From the human T2T-CHM13v2.0 reference genome, Homo sapiens, in NCBI RefSeq assembly GCF_009914755.1, contig NC_060929.1: DNA of 64,000 nt. The stretch is one strand, 5' to 3'. Below the pieces are notes generated by a model that made no database searches, was not told the origin of the DNA, and saw only the letters and a list, made by a program, of their open reading frames with translations. Made by a program: the position numbers and the translations under genes. Of the stretch, positions 13,330-26,735 are shown in pieces (position 1 is the first letter of the stretch; each line of letters starts with the position of its first letter).

Positions 13330-13492
13330 GGGCTGGACAGCCCAGTTTGACTCCTGGCTTAGTCACTTAATAGTAGTGTGGCCTCTCTGGGCCTCAATTT
13401 ACAGATCTGCCACATGGGGGTAATAGTTCTACCTACACCTTAGGGTTATTTGTGATAATTAAATGAGTTCATTTACATAAAGCATTTAAACA
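13330..13492 (+). mobile_element. MIR
   Basis: CCTCTCTGGGCCTCAATTTAC...GGGGGTAATAGTTCTACCTAC...AGGGTTATTTGTGATAATTAAATGAG. Confidence 0.8.
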
Positions 13493-14823
13493 AATACATA
13501 ATATGCATTACCCAACCTATCCAGAACAAATGTGAATTCAGAAGTAGTTAGGAAAAATATATAAATGATTTGAGAGTACAAACTTGAATAGGATAATGCA
13601 TCCCTGCTCTTCATAGAATATTTTAGTGCTTCTGTCCTAGTCCTACTTGATTACTAAATAGGTTTTATTCCAACTTAAAATTATTTACTTATATTTTTAA
13701 AAGTTGGGTTTATGGCCCAATAAGCTAATCATGTTTGAGTGCCAGCAAACTGGTACAGTCTGTTCCTGCTTTTAATTTATGATGTGGTTTGAGTCCCTGT
13801 GTTTGCAAAAATTTGGGAACATTGTTAATGACAATGTAATAAAAGATTTTAGTAAACAAATTTTAAGTACACAAATGAGGGCTGTGCCGCACGCAGCCTC
13901 ATGCTGACTTCCTTGCCTGGTGAAGCGTCCTGCTTTAAGAAAGCAAAGTTGCCATTTTTTTACATTATAACAAGACCCTTAGTTAATGACAACTGTATGA
14001 TGTTTATAGGAAGCCGCAGAACAATCCTGTGTTCTACTGGCAGCTGGTGGTTGGAGTAGCAATTGGGAAGATGTCAAAAATTCACACTTGGTTTTTAGCA
14101 AATAAATGTTTCAATGTTACTTGATGCAAAACCCTCTATTTTTCTTACAGTATTTTGGAATTGGCTGGAAAATGAGGAAGAAAGGGTGAACTGCTCGGGG
14201 GGAGCCCTCGAGAGGATCTTCCTTTTTTGTGCACTCTGTATTATTAAAGCAGCCCCACAGCGATTGTGCCTTGTCTCCCCTCTCTGTCCTCTTCTGATCA
14301 TTTCTATTTATGAACATAATTTTACGTAATTTTAGTCATAATGTGGATATTGTTTTGTATTCTTAATTTTTCACCTATCATAAGCAATGCAAAAACATTT
14401 CTGCAAAGTCTCCACTTTTCTTCCTTAAAGTTGTGTGTTATTTTCTCTTATAAATTCAGCACTAGTTTATTTGCATCCTTGAACATTTTCCAGTATTTTT
14501 CTGTAATTATCTTTTTACATGTAGTTTTTGTCTTTTTTTTCTTCTTTTGAGTTGCTGTCCTGAGACTGTTGCCCAAGGTTGGGATTGAGGAATCAAAGAA
14601 TGTGAACACTTCTGTTACATCGTACTGTTGGGACTTCCAAAAAAATGTGAACTAACTTATCATTGTGGAAGTGATTCTTTTTAAGGGAAGATAAAAGACA
14701 ATTCTATATTTTTGAGAAAAGAGAGACAGGGCAAGAGAAGTATCAAAAGGAAAGAAAAGATGAGGAATAGCATTAAGGGCCCATTACAAATAGGATATAA
14801 AAAAAAAATCCTGAAACCCATGA

Positions 14824-15158
<335 letters not shown>

Positions 15159-17030
15159 GAGAACACCTCTTTACCTTTTAAAAGGAGCTGGCTGATCCTT
15201 AAAGAATCCTCACCTGACTGCTTTTCTTTCTGAAAGCACGTAGGGAACATAGGCATGAACTCTTGCCATCTGCAAGGATCCCAAACTCAAGGGCATGTTG
15301 GATTTCAAAATGCAGGTCGCATGTTTATAACTTAAAATATAATTTCCCATGAGAAAAAAAGTAATAATAATGACATTTCACTTTTTAATCATTTTACAGT
15401 TTGGGGATATGGTACAGTTGTTCCAGTATAAATGGATATGTGGTTTCATTTGAGCCTCACAACAATTTTGGGCAGTAGGGTTGACTCTGTTTGGTTTGAC
15501 ACATACTAAGAAACTCAGAGCAAGAGACTTAGTATTGTCATAGCAATACATATGTGGAGTGCTTTTTTTATTTAAATGAAATTCACTGGTGGGAAACCAA
15601 AGCCCAGACTTTTCCAAAAATGGCATCTCCCTCCTCCTCCCCTCTTCCTCCTCTAACCCATGTCCTCTGGGCTAACCTTGCCTCTTTCCACATCAACACA
15701 CTTGGCCACATTCCTGGTGTAGCACGTAAAAGGCTGTTTTACCCATGATTATTAATAATTTAGAAAAAGGGCAAGTTAGAAAAATATTTGCCTCCTAATT
15801 TCAAGATTTGAGGCAGTCTGTAGGCAATGATGTGAAATACATTATGCTAAGGTTATCTTTCAAGCCTTGGGCCTGTTTTGTTATACCGCTGATGCTCTTT
15901 TCCCTGACCCAGCTCCAAAGATATGAAATCAGATTGTCTGGAGTTGTGGTTCAAGGCTCTGTATTATAAAACAGACAAACAAAAACAAAAACAAAACTCT
16001 AACATGAAAGGAGACTTAAATGAAAAGATAAAGCATTTCTTATGTAAATAACAAGAAGACAACATAGAGGTGTCATTTCTCCCTAAATGAACTTTTATGT
16101 TAAATACTTCAAGATGATACTTGGAGAAAAAAAAAACTGTGAAGGGATTAGCTGATGCTAACGTTTGCTTGGGAAAATTAACAAGCATGAACAGGCTGGA
16201 ATTTCTGAAAAAGAAAAGTAGTGGGGGGATTTGCCTTATGGGATTTTATAGCACGTTAGGAAGAAGCCAGCTCCTGCTGTCTTGTGGCTCTGGCACCTTC
16301 CTCACGCAGAGGCATAAGGTGACCTAAAGTCACTGTGCTTGTCTTCATCATGCCAGCACTGAGTTTTTGAGGAGATAAGTCTGGCTGTGTGCAAAGCAGG
16401 TGGAGCCAGACATAAGAGGAATGACTTCATTCTATAAGAACATTAGAGAGACTGTGGCTTGTAAGATTGAAGAAGACGTGTGTTGGTGGGGGTGTGGGGA
16501 AATGGCCACTCTCTTCTATCGGGAGTGGGTATTTATGCTTCAGATACACATGTATGAAGTATTATGTATATAAGAATCTTCTCGAAAATCTGCTAACCCT
16601 TCAACTCATTTCTTTCTTTCCTTCTGAACCCCCGTGTTATTCAAAAGCTTCCAATCCCCCAAATGTCTCAGTTTTCAGGAGCAGTGAGCTCTTCAGGGAA
16701 GATGAGGGGCAGGAAGCCATTTTCTCTTGTGCATCGTTTGTTAAGCATGTGTTTGCAAGTTACAAGTGGATCAGACAAATGTCCTTATTTGCCCAGACAA
16801 TCCTGGTATATGACATTGTCCTAGTATAATTACTAACAGCTCCTCTTGTAGATGTCCCACTTGGGATGATAAACTACATGATAACCCTATTTAAAAGGCA
16901 AAGACTACCTGTATTTTAATACGGGAAGACAATAGCTTTGCCTAGAAGATAGATGCGTGACCTTGCATGTCTCTTTAAGAGAGGAAGAAGGTCCCCCACA
17001 CCTCCAACTGCCTCAGTGTGAACTTCCCTT

Positions 17031-17070
17031 GGCTTGACTCAAGGGCTTTGACTCAGGGGCTTGACTCAAG
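17031..17070. promoter_or_regulatory. Three tandem AP-1 sites
   Basis: TGACTCA at 17035-41, 17049-55 and 17062-68, in a GGCTTGACTCAAG-like 13-14 bp repeat. Confidence 0.55.
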
Positions 17071-17439
17071 TGGTTTGAGTTAGCCTTGAGTCCTCATAAA
17101 CATGGAATTATTGAGTGTTGCATCAAATGAGTCCCTTCCAAGCTGCCATTTATCTTACCAGAACTGAGTGTGTGCATGTGTATGTGCATGGGTGTGGTAG
17201 CAACGTCATCTTTCCATGGCTAAGAAGAAGTGTGGACATACAGAGAAATGCTCTGTATTACTGCAATTGCTTTTGCATTCTGTTTGCAATGAAGAGGGAG
17301 GAGAAAGAAGAGATGGAGGGGGGCAGGAGGGAGAGAGAAGTGGGGAGCAGGAAAGAAAGGGAGGGAGGGATATTTAAAGCCACTGACAATTCCAGGGTCC
17401 TCTCCCTCCCCAGTCCCAGGCACACACTTCTGTGAGAGG

Positions 17440-17600
17440 GGCTCTGATATAAAACCTGTCCTGGAAGAGGCAGCCTAAGTCTCAGACGCTGCTGTACAGA
17501 AGTCCTGTGACGTGGCAGTTTCTATAGCGACGAGTCTCTTTCATTGGAGAAAGCTCCCTAAAGCAGGATACACAAAACCCTAGCAACCGGTTGAAGGCTT
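17440..17600 (+). promoter_or_regulatory. Candidate promoter: TATA, CRE/UPRE, RFX X-boxes
   Basis: TATAAAA 17448-54; TGACGTGG 17508-15; GTTTCTATAGCGAC 17518-31; ATTGG 17543-47; CCTAGCAAC 17579-87. Locally retained CpGs in non-repeat DNA. Confidence 0.45.
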
Positions 17601-18117
17601 TTTTTTTTTTAATATGAAGATTTTTCTGCACTTGAATTCAAAAGCCCCCTTCCTAGGAAAGCAGCTTCGTAGCAGGCAGGAAAGGGCTGCCTAGCGTGTC
17701 CTGGGGTGAGGATTTGGAAAGATTTGAAAGCTGTTGTGGACCAGGGTAGGGAAAGCGAGAAAGAGAGGTTGCAGTTTAGTGCTGCCTCGACTGGCTGGAT
17801 CCAGTCTGAATTCACCTTCCAGCCTTTTGTATAGGGACCCACCACCACTGCCAATTAACCCATGATATGAATCCGCCAGGGACAAAACAAAACTGCTACT
17901 GCCTCAGCAACCCCATCATGGTCTTCCCTTTCACCTGGCGTATTCCAGGCATCTTTTGCAGGGTGAAGTCAACTCAGGCATGCACACCTGAGAGCTGGGA
18001 AACAGTAAGCCTGCTTACTTGGCACAAAATAAATGCCCCATTTAGCTGATGCTTAACTCCTGCCTCTTCCCATCAACTCAGCACAAACGTCACTTCTTCA
18101 GGAAAGTCTACTGAATA

Positions 18118-18612
18118 AGAGATTGCACTTGGCAGCATGTAAAGAGACCCATCTGAGTAGTTTAACCAAATAGGAGTTTATTTTACACCTAAGAAGAGGC
18201 CCAGAGGTGGGCAGTCCGGGGGGCTGCCAGCTCCATAATCATCCCTGTCCTAGCTCCTCCTGTCTTTGCCTGGCTGTTGTTCTTGGCATGTTTCACCCTT
18301 GAGGTCCCTTCCTAGTCACAAAATGGCTGTTCCACCTCCAGCCAGCAGTGCAGGCAGGAACAAGAAGGAAGCAGTAAGGAGGAAGGGGCGGTGCCCACGT
18401 CAAGAAGCAAAACTCTTCCCAGAAATTGGCAGCAGATTCCACATCCATCTCATTGGCCAGGGCTGGGTCATGTGGCTTCAACCCCAAGCTCCAAGGGAGG
18501 CTAGGATATGTGGTTTCGTAGCTGGGCAAATTGCCAGCCTGAACAAAACCGTGGCTGTTTAAAGGGCAAGCTGAGGATGAGTGTGGGTGGACAACTAGCA
18601 GCATTTGCTACA
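18118..18612 (-). mobile_element. MaLR LTR (MLT1J/K-like)
   Basis: CACAAAATGGCTG..CCACCTCCAG, ATCTCATTGGCCAG..CTGGGTCATGTGG..CAAGGGAGGCTAGG, ending GGACAACTAGCAGCATTTGCTACA. Confidence 0.75.
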
Positions 18613-18683
18613 CTTCCGGTGTTCGTGTCTACACACATGCTATCTTCAGGTTAGGTCACCCCTCCCTGCCACACAGCGTCATG

Positions 18684-19415
<732 letters not shown>

Positions 19416-19429
19416 ACCTCTGTGGATCT

Positions 19430-19605
19430 CTGCATTTCCTACACTGTGCCTATCAGTTTATTATCATTGTGCTATTTGTGTGATTTGGTGTCAATATTTG
19501 TTCCCCCCACAAGACTGTAAACTCCACTAGGGTAGTGTTTGTGTCTGGTTTTGCTTACAATGTCAGCAGGTGCTCAATAAATATTTGAATAAATAAGTGA
19601 ATCAA
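19430..19605 (+). mobile_element. L2 3' end
   Basis: CCCCACAAGACTGTAAACTCCACTAGGG...CAGGTGCTCAATAAATATTTGAATAAAT. Confidence 0.75.
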
Positions 19606-20976
19606 TTCAATTTGGAACAAGGAGGTGCCTATATGCATGTATATATGTATAAACAAACAAACAAATAAATACATAAATTAGTGATTTCTGCAAAAGATCT
19701 TACATCTCAGCCTCCAGTTTTGTTTTTCTTTTATCCCCTAGTACTGGGTGTCATTCTTTTAGTATCTTAGTTCCCGAACTTTATTAAGATACAAATGGTT
19801 GATGAAGCTTTGACATCCTTTTTTTGGACATCTGTGGCTGGTGCTTACTACCTGCACAGAAAGACAGATCCTGGAGCAGCTGGGCTTTATTTTGTGACGG
19901 CCCTAAAAGGGAATGTTTGTTTTCCCTTACCCCCATGTCCACTGTGGATCTGATTCTTCAAGGACGCCTCCCTGGAAGTTAGAGGGACATTTTAGGAGGC
20001 CCATTAAGTGGCAACACATAGGCTGGGGCTGAGTGCCCATAGGTCTGGGACCTTGTCTGTTCTGAAAGAAACCAGAGGCAAAGTACTGCTTGGTTTCCCC
20101 TCTTAGAAAAAGGGTCTCCACCTCTACTCTACAGACATGCAGCAGATATCTAGGACTTCAGGCAGAGCTTTCCTGATGAGGGAGTCCTCAGCTTAGCCCC
20201 ACAGACCTCAGTTTCACATTCAGCTCCTACCCAAAGGGCATCTTTTAGAAGACCAGCACCTGGTTGCCACTCTAAATGAGTCTAGCCTTTGCACAGACTT
20301 CAGGAGCCCACTCTTCCGAACCCAGTATTCAGGCAGGAAGGAAACTATGAGAGTAATGGCACCCCTATCCCCAACTCTCTGGAGACAGGGAAGCATAGAA
20401 ATGAAGTAAAGAAGGAAACTGAAAATAGAGTAAAAGATCACTGAATTTTCTTAGTACCCAAAGCTGGTTCCAAAGTCAGAGAAAGGAGCTGGAATATCTC
20501 CTGCATGCGTCTGAGTTGGGATCTAACCCTGTGACTCTGGCAACTCCCAGAGTTTTCTGAGTCCTGCATCCCATCAATTGGCTTAAAAGTTTCTCCTCAT
20601 TTTCTGCCATTAAAGCCAAACCCCATGGGGGATGGGTTTCAGGGCTTATTGCTTGTATCACACTAACAATTTTTCTCTTCTAAAATGAGACACAAGTGTT
20701 GGCAAATAGATAGAGGATGCGGTGACCTGTGATGTTGCATTTTGGCACTAACTGCTGCGGACTGGGCTATTTTGGATGCACTTGGGGAAAGCTTAAAGAA
20801 AGTCTAGCCTATTAACATGGTCACCGAAGACAGAACAGTCTGGCTTTGTGAAAACATTAGCAGGATGGCACTAGCAGCCTGATTTTCAGGATGTAAGTAA
20901 ACTTGATTTGTCAGAGTGACAATAGAGAGAGTCCAGAAAGAGTCCAGGCTTGACTTATTAAAAACATTTACTCTTA

Positions 20977-21309
<333 letters not shown>

Positions 21310-21549
21310 TCATTTACTCTTGGTTTCCTTAACCACTTTCAGGGAGTAGAAGGTTCTAAGAGGAAATATAGACTTAATACCAAGTGCCTGATGTGGAGCA
21401 AATGAAGTTTATACTTGTTGTGAAGGGGTTGTTAGCCAAGCCTGGGGTCCCAGCATGCATGGAAACATCTGGACAACTGCTGTTAGACATCAGCAGGAAG
21501 TGCCAAAGAAGTGTGGACTGTATAGGATTTTTGCAGGCTAATGACAACA

Positions 21550-21582
21550 CTGTCCCTCTAGTGGCAGGTACCTGAATTGCAG
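21550..21582 (-). promoter_or_regulatory. Candidate CTCF site with upstream (ZF9-11) motif
   Basis: The minus strand reads CTGCAATTCAGGTACCTGCCACTAGAGGGACAG: core CCACTAGAGGG, with TGCAATTC starting 17 nt upstream. Confidence 0.55.
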
Positions 21583-21649
21583 GCCCAGTGCCTTGGGACC
21601 AATCAGCACAAGGAAGACGTTATATCTCACAAATTCAAGTGTTACCACA

Positions 21650-21830
21650 GCCTACATTTTTATGGGACTTACCATTTTAAAAGTTCTTTCACATGCACTT
21701 TCTCTCTTGAGTCTCACAACAGCTCTGTGAAAAACAGGTGATATTTTATTTTACAGATGGGGATGTAAAGGATAAGGGTCCATGTAGCTCTTCATGGACT
21801 CAGGTCTCCTGACTTTCAATTTAAACCTCT
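21650..21830 (-). mobile_element. MIR
   Basis: GTCTCACAACAGCTCTGTGA...TTTTACAGATGGGGA. Confidence 0.65.
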
Positions 21831-22996
21831 TTCCCCTTCTGCCCATTGAAATTAGCTTGCTTGGTGTCCCATTCAGGTCTGAGATGTCTACAATGTGAAA
21901 ATGAATGGTCTCTTGTCCAAGCACTGAATTGCTCCTTTTCAAGGTAATGGTTCTGGAAACTGTGACTTTAAAGAATGAGTTAAGGTTAAAGAGTTATGAG
22001 AAGAGTAATGAGAAGGTTAAAGAAATGCTTTAACCTTAAGAGATAAATGGTGACAATTTCAGATACTGTTGATGGCAATCGGAGGAGAGTTTCCCAACTT
22101 GAAAAGCCAAACCTTGGAAGCAGCCTCCTAGTCCTCTTCTGAGTGGGACGGGGGTTGGAAGTAAACTGAAGTTGTAAAGTCTAAAAGATACTCTTGCTCC
22201 TGCAATTCCTCTCCTATCTCTGAGCTGATGTGTGTTGTTCCTTTAGAAGGTGAAATGGCTTTTATTTAGTAACTGGGGCTCAGGCTTACAATGCAAATAA
22301 CCCTTGGAGAAAGAATAGATTGGCTTTCATTTTTAGTAGGTTGGAAATTATTGATTTACTGAGAGCTATTTTGCTGGACTGTGGCAGGGGAAGGGGAGAT
22401 TCAGAATGCCAAGTAGAGGCCAAGAATGGAGGACGGTGGCACAGAAGCCCGCTTCTGCAGGTGCCACCATGTTGACCTGCCTGCAGGACTTTCTTCTGGG
22501 GTGAAGCAGCCTCACTTGTCCCTCACCCTGCCACCCTCTCACCACAAGCCTAAGCTGCCCAGGTAGGGCTTCAGCCATTTAGCTTGCCTGGCCTGACTCC
22601 AGGGTGAACTCTGCATTCAGCTCTCAGCTCACCAGACTGCTTCACGCTCTTCTCTTTCATGGCTCCTTGGAGGGCCATTGAGGGAGAAGAGATGGCAGAG
22701 GAGGAAGCTGCTGCAAATTTCTCTGCATCCTCTTATGCTCCAGAGGTTATATCAGAGCTTTCTCTCCAGATCTTAAGGGAAATAAGATATTGAATTAGAG
22801 ACACCGGAAGGCCCCATTTGATTGACATACAGAAAGAAGAACGGTTTTCTTGACAGAGAATGTGTAAGAGAGTGCACATCCATGAGTCTATCTCTGTGTA
22901 AGAAGAAAGAACAAAGAAAATGTTTTCAATACATTCCATCACCCTAAAATAAAAGTCACTAATATTGCAAGCATTCCCTCACGGGCACAGATACAT

Positions 22997-23035
22997 CACA
23001 CACACACACACACACGCACACACACACACACACAC
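22997..23035. repeat. (CA)n microsatellite
   Basis: About 19 CA units with one CG interruption. Confidence 0.95.
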
Positions 23036-23360
23036 CACATCACATCCCTAATAGCTTTGACAATTTTCCTCCAGCCAATGAGCTCCTTGCTGGTATCTCA
23101 TGAACTTTGTGCCACAGTTCTGGTCTCTCCCATGACCTAGAACAGACTGGAGAAGAAAGTGACCAGAAAAAAGCCTGGCCTTCTTCTCTATTGATTCATC
23201 TGGTGCCCAGGGCTGCACCACCAAGGGCTTTCACTCTCCTCAGGGCCCAGAGCACCAGCTGCTGCCCAGCTCAGATCAAGTAGTGAGTGAGGACAAAGCC
23301 TGGCCAGCTACCTGGAAAGAAAGTCCTTCCTGACGGCTGAATTGTCCTCATTTTTATGTA

Positions 23361-23440
23361 TTAGGCTGGTGCAAAAGTATTTGCGGTTTTTGCAATTAAA
23401 AGTACTACCAAAAACCACAGTTACTTTCACACCAACCTAA
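23361..23440. mobile_element. MADE1 mariner MITE (80 bp palindrome)
   Basis: TTAGGCTGGTGCAAAAGTATTTGCGGTTTTTGC...CAAAAACCACAGTTACTTTCACACCAACCTAA, flanked by a TA TSD. Confidence 0.95.
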
Positions 23441-23595
23441 TACATAGCAAACCACTCCCCTAACTTTGGATGGACAATTGCTCTTTTTTATGTAATAAGA
23501 TCCTTTTCAACTTCCAGCCACCAAGCTACAGACCTCCAGGAAAGGCAAAGGGCAAAATTGTGCAGTCTGTCCTTAGCTTGGCTCCCTGCTTCTGT

Positions 23596-23637
23596 GGGAA
23601 ATTCCCAGAGGGGAGAGGAAAGGAACCTGGGAATCCC
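23596..23637. promoter_or_regulatory. Candidate NF-kB sites
   Basis: GGGAAATTCCC at 23596-23606 and GGGAATCCC at 23629-23637. Confidence 0.4.
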
Positions 23638-25115
23638 TTCTTCTGAAGACAGATTGCTGGTCTAGTGTTTACACCTCCAATGCCATTGTCCAGGGCTAGT
23701 CGGCAGGGTGGTGGGGGGAGCATGGGAGTGTGTGTTTGTAATACTCTGGTCTGATTTAAACTCCTTGAATCTCTATCAGTCATCTCATATATCCCAGGAG
23801 TAGCCCATAGTTAAGTGCTTAGGCAGAGGAAGGTGGGAAAAGGTTGCTTAGGCAGAAGAGGGGGAAAAGGAATGAAAACACTTAGAAGGAAAAGAAAGAT
23901 GTGGGCAGCGGTTTGAATGAAAGAGAGTGAGGGAAATAAATTACTCTTCCAATGACAAGGGGGCACTAAATAGATGGGCTTGATCCCTGCAGTGAGGCAG
24001 CAAGCAGCTGCTCAGAGCATTCTGTAGCCAAGCCTGCTGCAGTCCAGAATGGAGGGGCTGAGGCTTGGTGTTCTGCTGGATAAGCAGGAGGAAAACCTTG
24101 AAAATTTGCTTGATTCCATCAAATGCTTTTGCTGATTAAAGGCTTAGAAACTGCCAGAGTTCCTAACGCCTGTCTCTCTCAAACTAGCATGGTACAGGAG
24201 ACCAAGCAGATAGTGATCTGAATTCGAAGGGAATATGAGAGATGGTGACCTGAAATCTCACCCAGCAGACGCCCCAGAGCTGGGGTCTGCCACTCTCTTG
24301 GAGAGGCTGAGGTCCTGGAATCTGGTGAGGGAATGGGGTGCAGGCTGAGTCCCAAGGCATAGGTGAGAGACATAGAACCACCAACTGATATTAAAATAAC
24401 ATTCTGCTTTGAGTGGAATCACTGTTTGCTGTGAGCTGCAAAAGGAAGACAAACACATCTTCTCTGAAGCTCGTGCTGATCCATGGGTGGCCTCTTGGGC
24501 AGGCAGAGTGAGAAGGGAAGACAGGAGGAACAGTCCAGCAAGCTGAAGTGACACAGCCTTCCTGCCAGAAAATCAACACCCTACCTCTTTGTCAGGGTCC
24601 TGGGCTTGGGCTGATGGCCGAAGCTCCTCTTGGGAGGAAAGTGATTCTTCCAGCTGAGAGGTTGGATTCTGGGAGGCACAGAAAAGATTCTACCACCCAA
24701 TGAGCAGCCCCCGCACCTACTCTGAGGAAGGGCCAGAACACACAGGCCCCCTTGAATCTGGAGCAAACCTCTATACTGGAGGGAGCCCTGAGGGTCTCAA
24801 ATGAGAAAACAGGTCCTTTCTTTGTACCCAGGTATCCCTTTATTCCTAGGGATAGTGTTTCTCTCAAGAAGATAGAATCTGGAAAAATATATTACCTGGA
24901 GACTATAAAATCCTAGATCAGAAGGCGGCTGTGGGCCCCTAAGCCCATCCTCCTCATTTACAGATGAAGAAACAGAGGCCAGGGGCCCACACTTAGCAGA
25001 ACCTGGATGACAGCACAGATTTCCTCATTCCTATCCAGCCCTCAAAGCGCCTCACCCTGCCGCCTCCACTTTGTGTTCCTGCAGGAACTCCCAGCCAGTC
25101 CACCATGCACACATA

Positions 25116-25782
25116 TTTTTTAAATAGAACTTATTTTTTATTTATTTCTTTTGTAACTTTTATTTTAGGTTCGGGGCACACGTGTGGGTTTGTTACACAG
25201 GTACATTGCGTGTCACAGGGGTTTGGGGCACAGGTGGTTTCATTACCCAGGTAATAAGCATAGTACTTGATAGGTAGTTTTTTTTATCCTCACCATCCTC
25301 CCACTCTCCACCCTCAAGTAGGCCCTGGTGTTTACTATTCCCTTCTTTGTGTCCATGTGCACTCAGTGTTTAGTTTTCACTTATAAGTGAGAACACGCAG
25401 TGTTTGGTTTTCTGTTCCTGTATTAGTTTGCTTAGTATAATGGCCTCCAGCTTCACCCATGTTCCTACAAAGGACATGATCTCATTCAGGATCTCAGCGG
25501 TTTTAGGTTCATAGCAAAATTGAGGAGAATGTACAGAGATTTCCCATATATTCCTTGCCCTAGCACATGCATAGCCTCCCCAGTTTGTCAACATTCCGCA
25601 CCAGAATGGTACCTTTGCTACAATGGATGAGCCTACTTTGACACACCAGTATCACTCAAAGTCCATAGTTTACATTAAGGTTCACTCTTGGAGTTGTACA
25701 TTCTGTAGGTTTGGGCAAATGTTTAATGATGTGTATAACCCATTATAGTATCATGCACAGGAGTTTGCCCTAAAAAATCCTC
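25116..25782 (-). mobile_element. L1MD-like 3' end, interrupted in its tail by an L1PA15/16
   Basis: TTTTAAATAGAACTTATTTTTTA | GGTTTTAGGTTCATAGCAAAATTGAG...GTACAGAGATTTCCC...TCCATAGTTTACATTAAGGTTCACTCTTGG. Confidence 0.8.
25140..25487 (-). mobile_element. L1PA15/16 3' end (5'-truncated)
   Basis: ACTTTTATTTTAGGTTCGGGG...ACCCAGGTAATAAGCATAGTAC...CCACCCTCAAGTAGGCCC...AAAGGACATGATCTCATTC. Confidence 0.88.
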
Positions 25783-26619
25783 ACATAAACAATTTTCATG
25801 GCAATTCCAATAACCAAGAACTAATCACAAGGCTTAATTGCCATAAGCGTGGGGATCCCTCTCTGGTGAACAACTGGCTGGGTGCTCACTGGCTTGAAGA
25901 CATTTCCCTGCCCCATATTCCTTGTTGCTGGCACCCAGAATGGAAGTGTTTCAGTATATTCAGGTCCAGCATTAGGATGTGGGCACCTCAGACTGACAGA
26001 TAGGACCAGGCAGAACCAAGCTGTGATATGTAGAGTTGACATTGTAGACAAGCTCCTGCTTCCACCCCAAAGGCTCCCTCTTCCTCCAACACACACACTT
26101 CCTCTATCCTTTCTTCTAGCTCAGCAAACTTCTTTCTATCCTTCCTAACACATCCAGTGCCCTTGCATTATATTCTCTTCTGACTGTCAAAAAATGGGAC
26201 CAGGAAGGAGTTCAAGGCCAATTATTTGCTATTCAGTGTCAGTTGAGGTCTTTCCCTTTCCCTTTCCAGAGGCATTTGTAACACAGGCTTTAGCTCTTCT
26301 TATGTAATGAAAATTTTTGTTTTAGAAAGTTTGGATTTCTAAAAGGAGGTGGAAAGAATAAGGCCCTTCCCAGAGTCCTTGAAATCATCTCAAATAGCAC
26401 CTACTTCTCCTACTTTGCATAGCTCAGGTTCTGGCCTCCTTTCAGCCAGAGACAATGGTGGAGAGCCAACACAGGATTTGAATAGAGAGGAGGATTTGAA
26501 CTGGAAATAAATAGTCATTTGGAACAAAAGCTAAAGTTTTATTTTTCCAAAATATAAAACAAGTGAGAACTAGATAGACCCCTGGCTCTCAATGCTGTCA
26601 TGCAGATGTGCTGGTATTA

Positions 26620-26735
26620 GATAAAAGAGTGCGGGAAAGTCCTGGATTCTGGTTCTGGGTCTATGTGCAAGTAGCTGGATGACATTGCAAATAACTATTT
26701 CTCTGAGCCTTGATTTCTTCTTTTCAAAAATGTTC
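26620..26735 (+). mobile_element. MIR fragment
   Basis: CCTGGATTCTGGTTCTGGGTC...TAGCTGGATGAC...TCTCTGAGCCTTGATTTCTTC...AAAATG. Confidence 0.6.

Noticed and set aside
17505-17590. MHC class II SXY module
   Set aside because: X-box, CRE and ATTGG are present, but their order and spacing do not match the X1-X2-Y arrangement.
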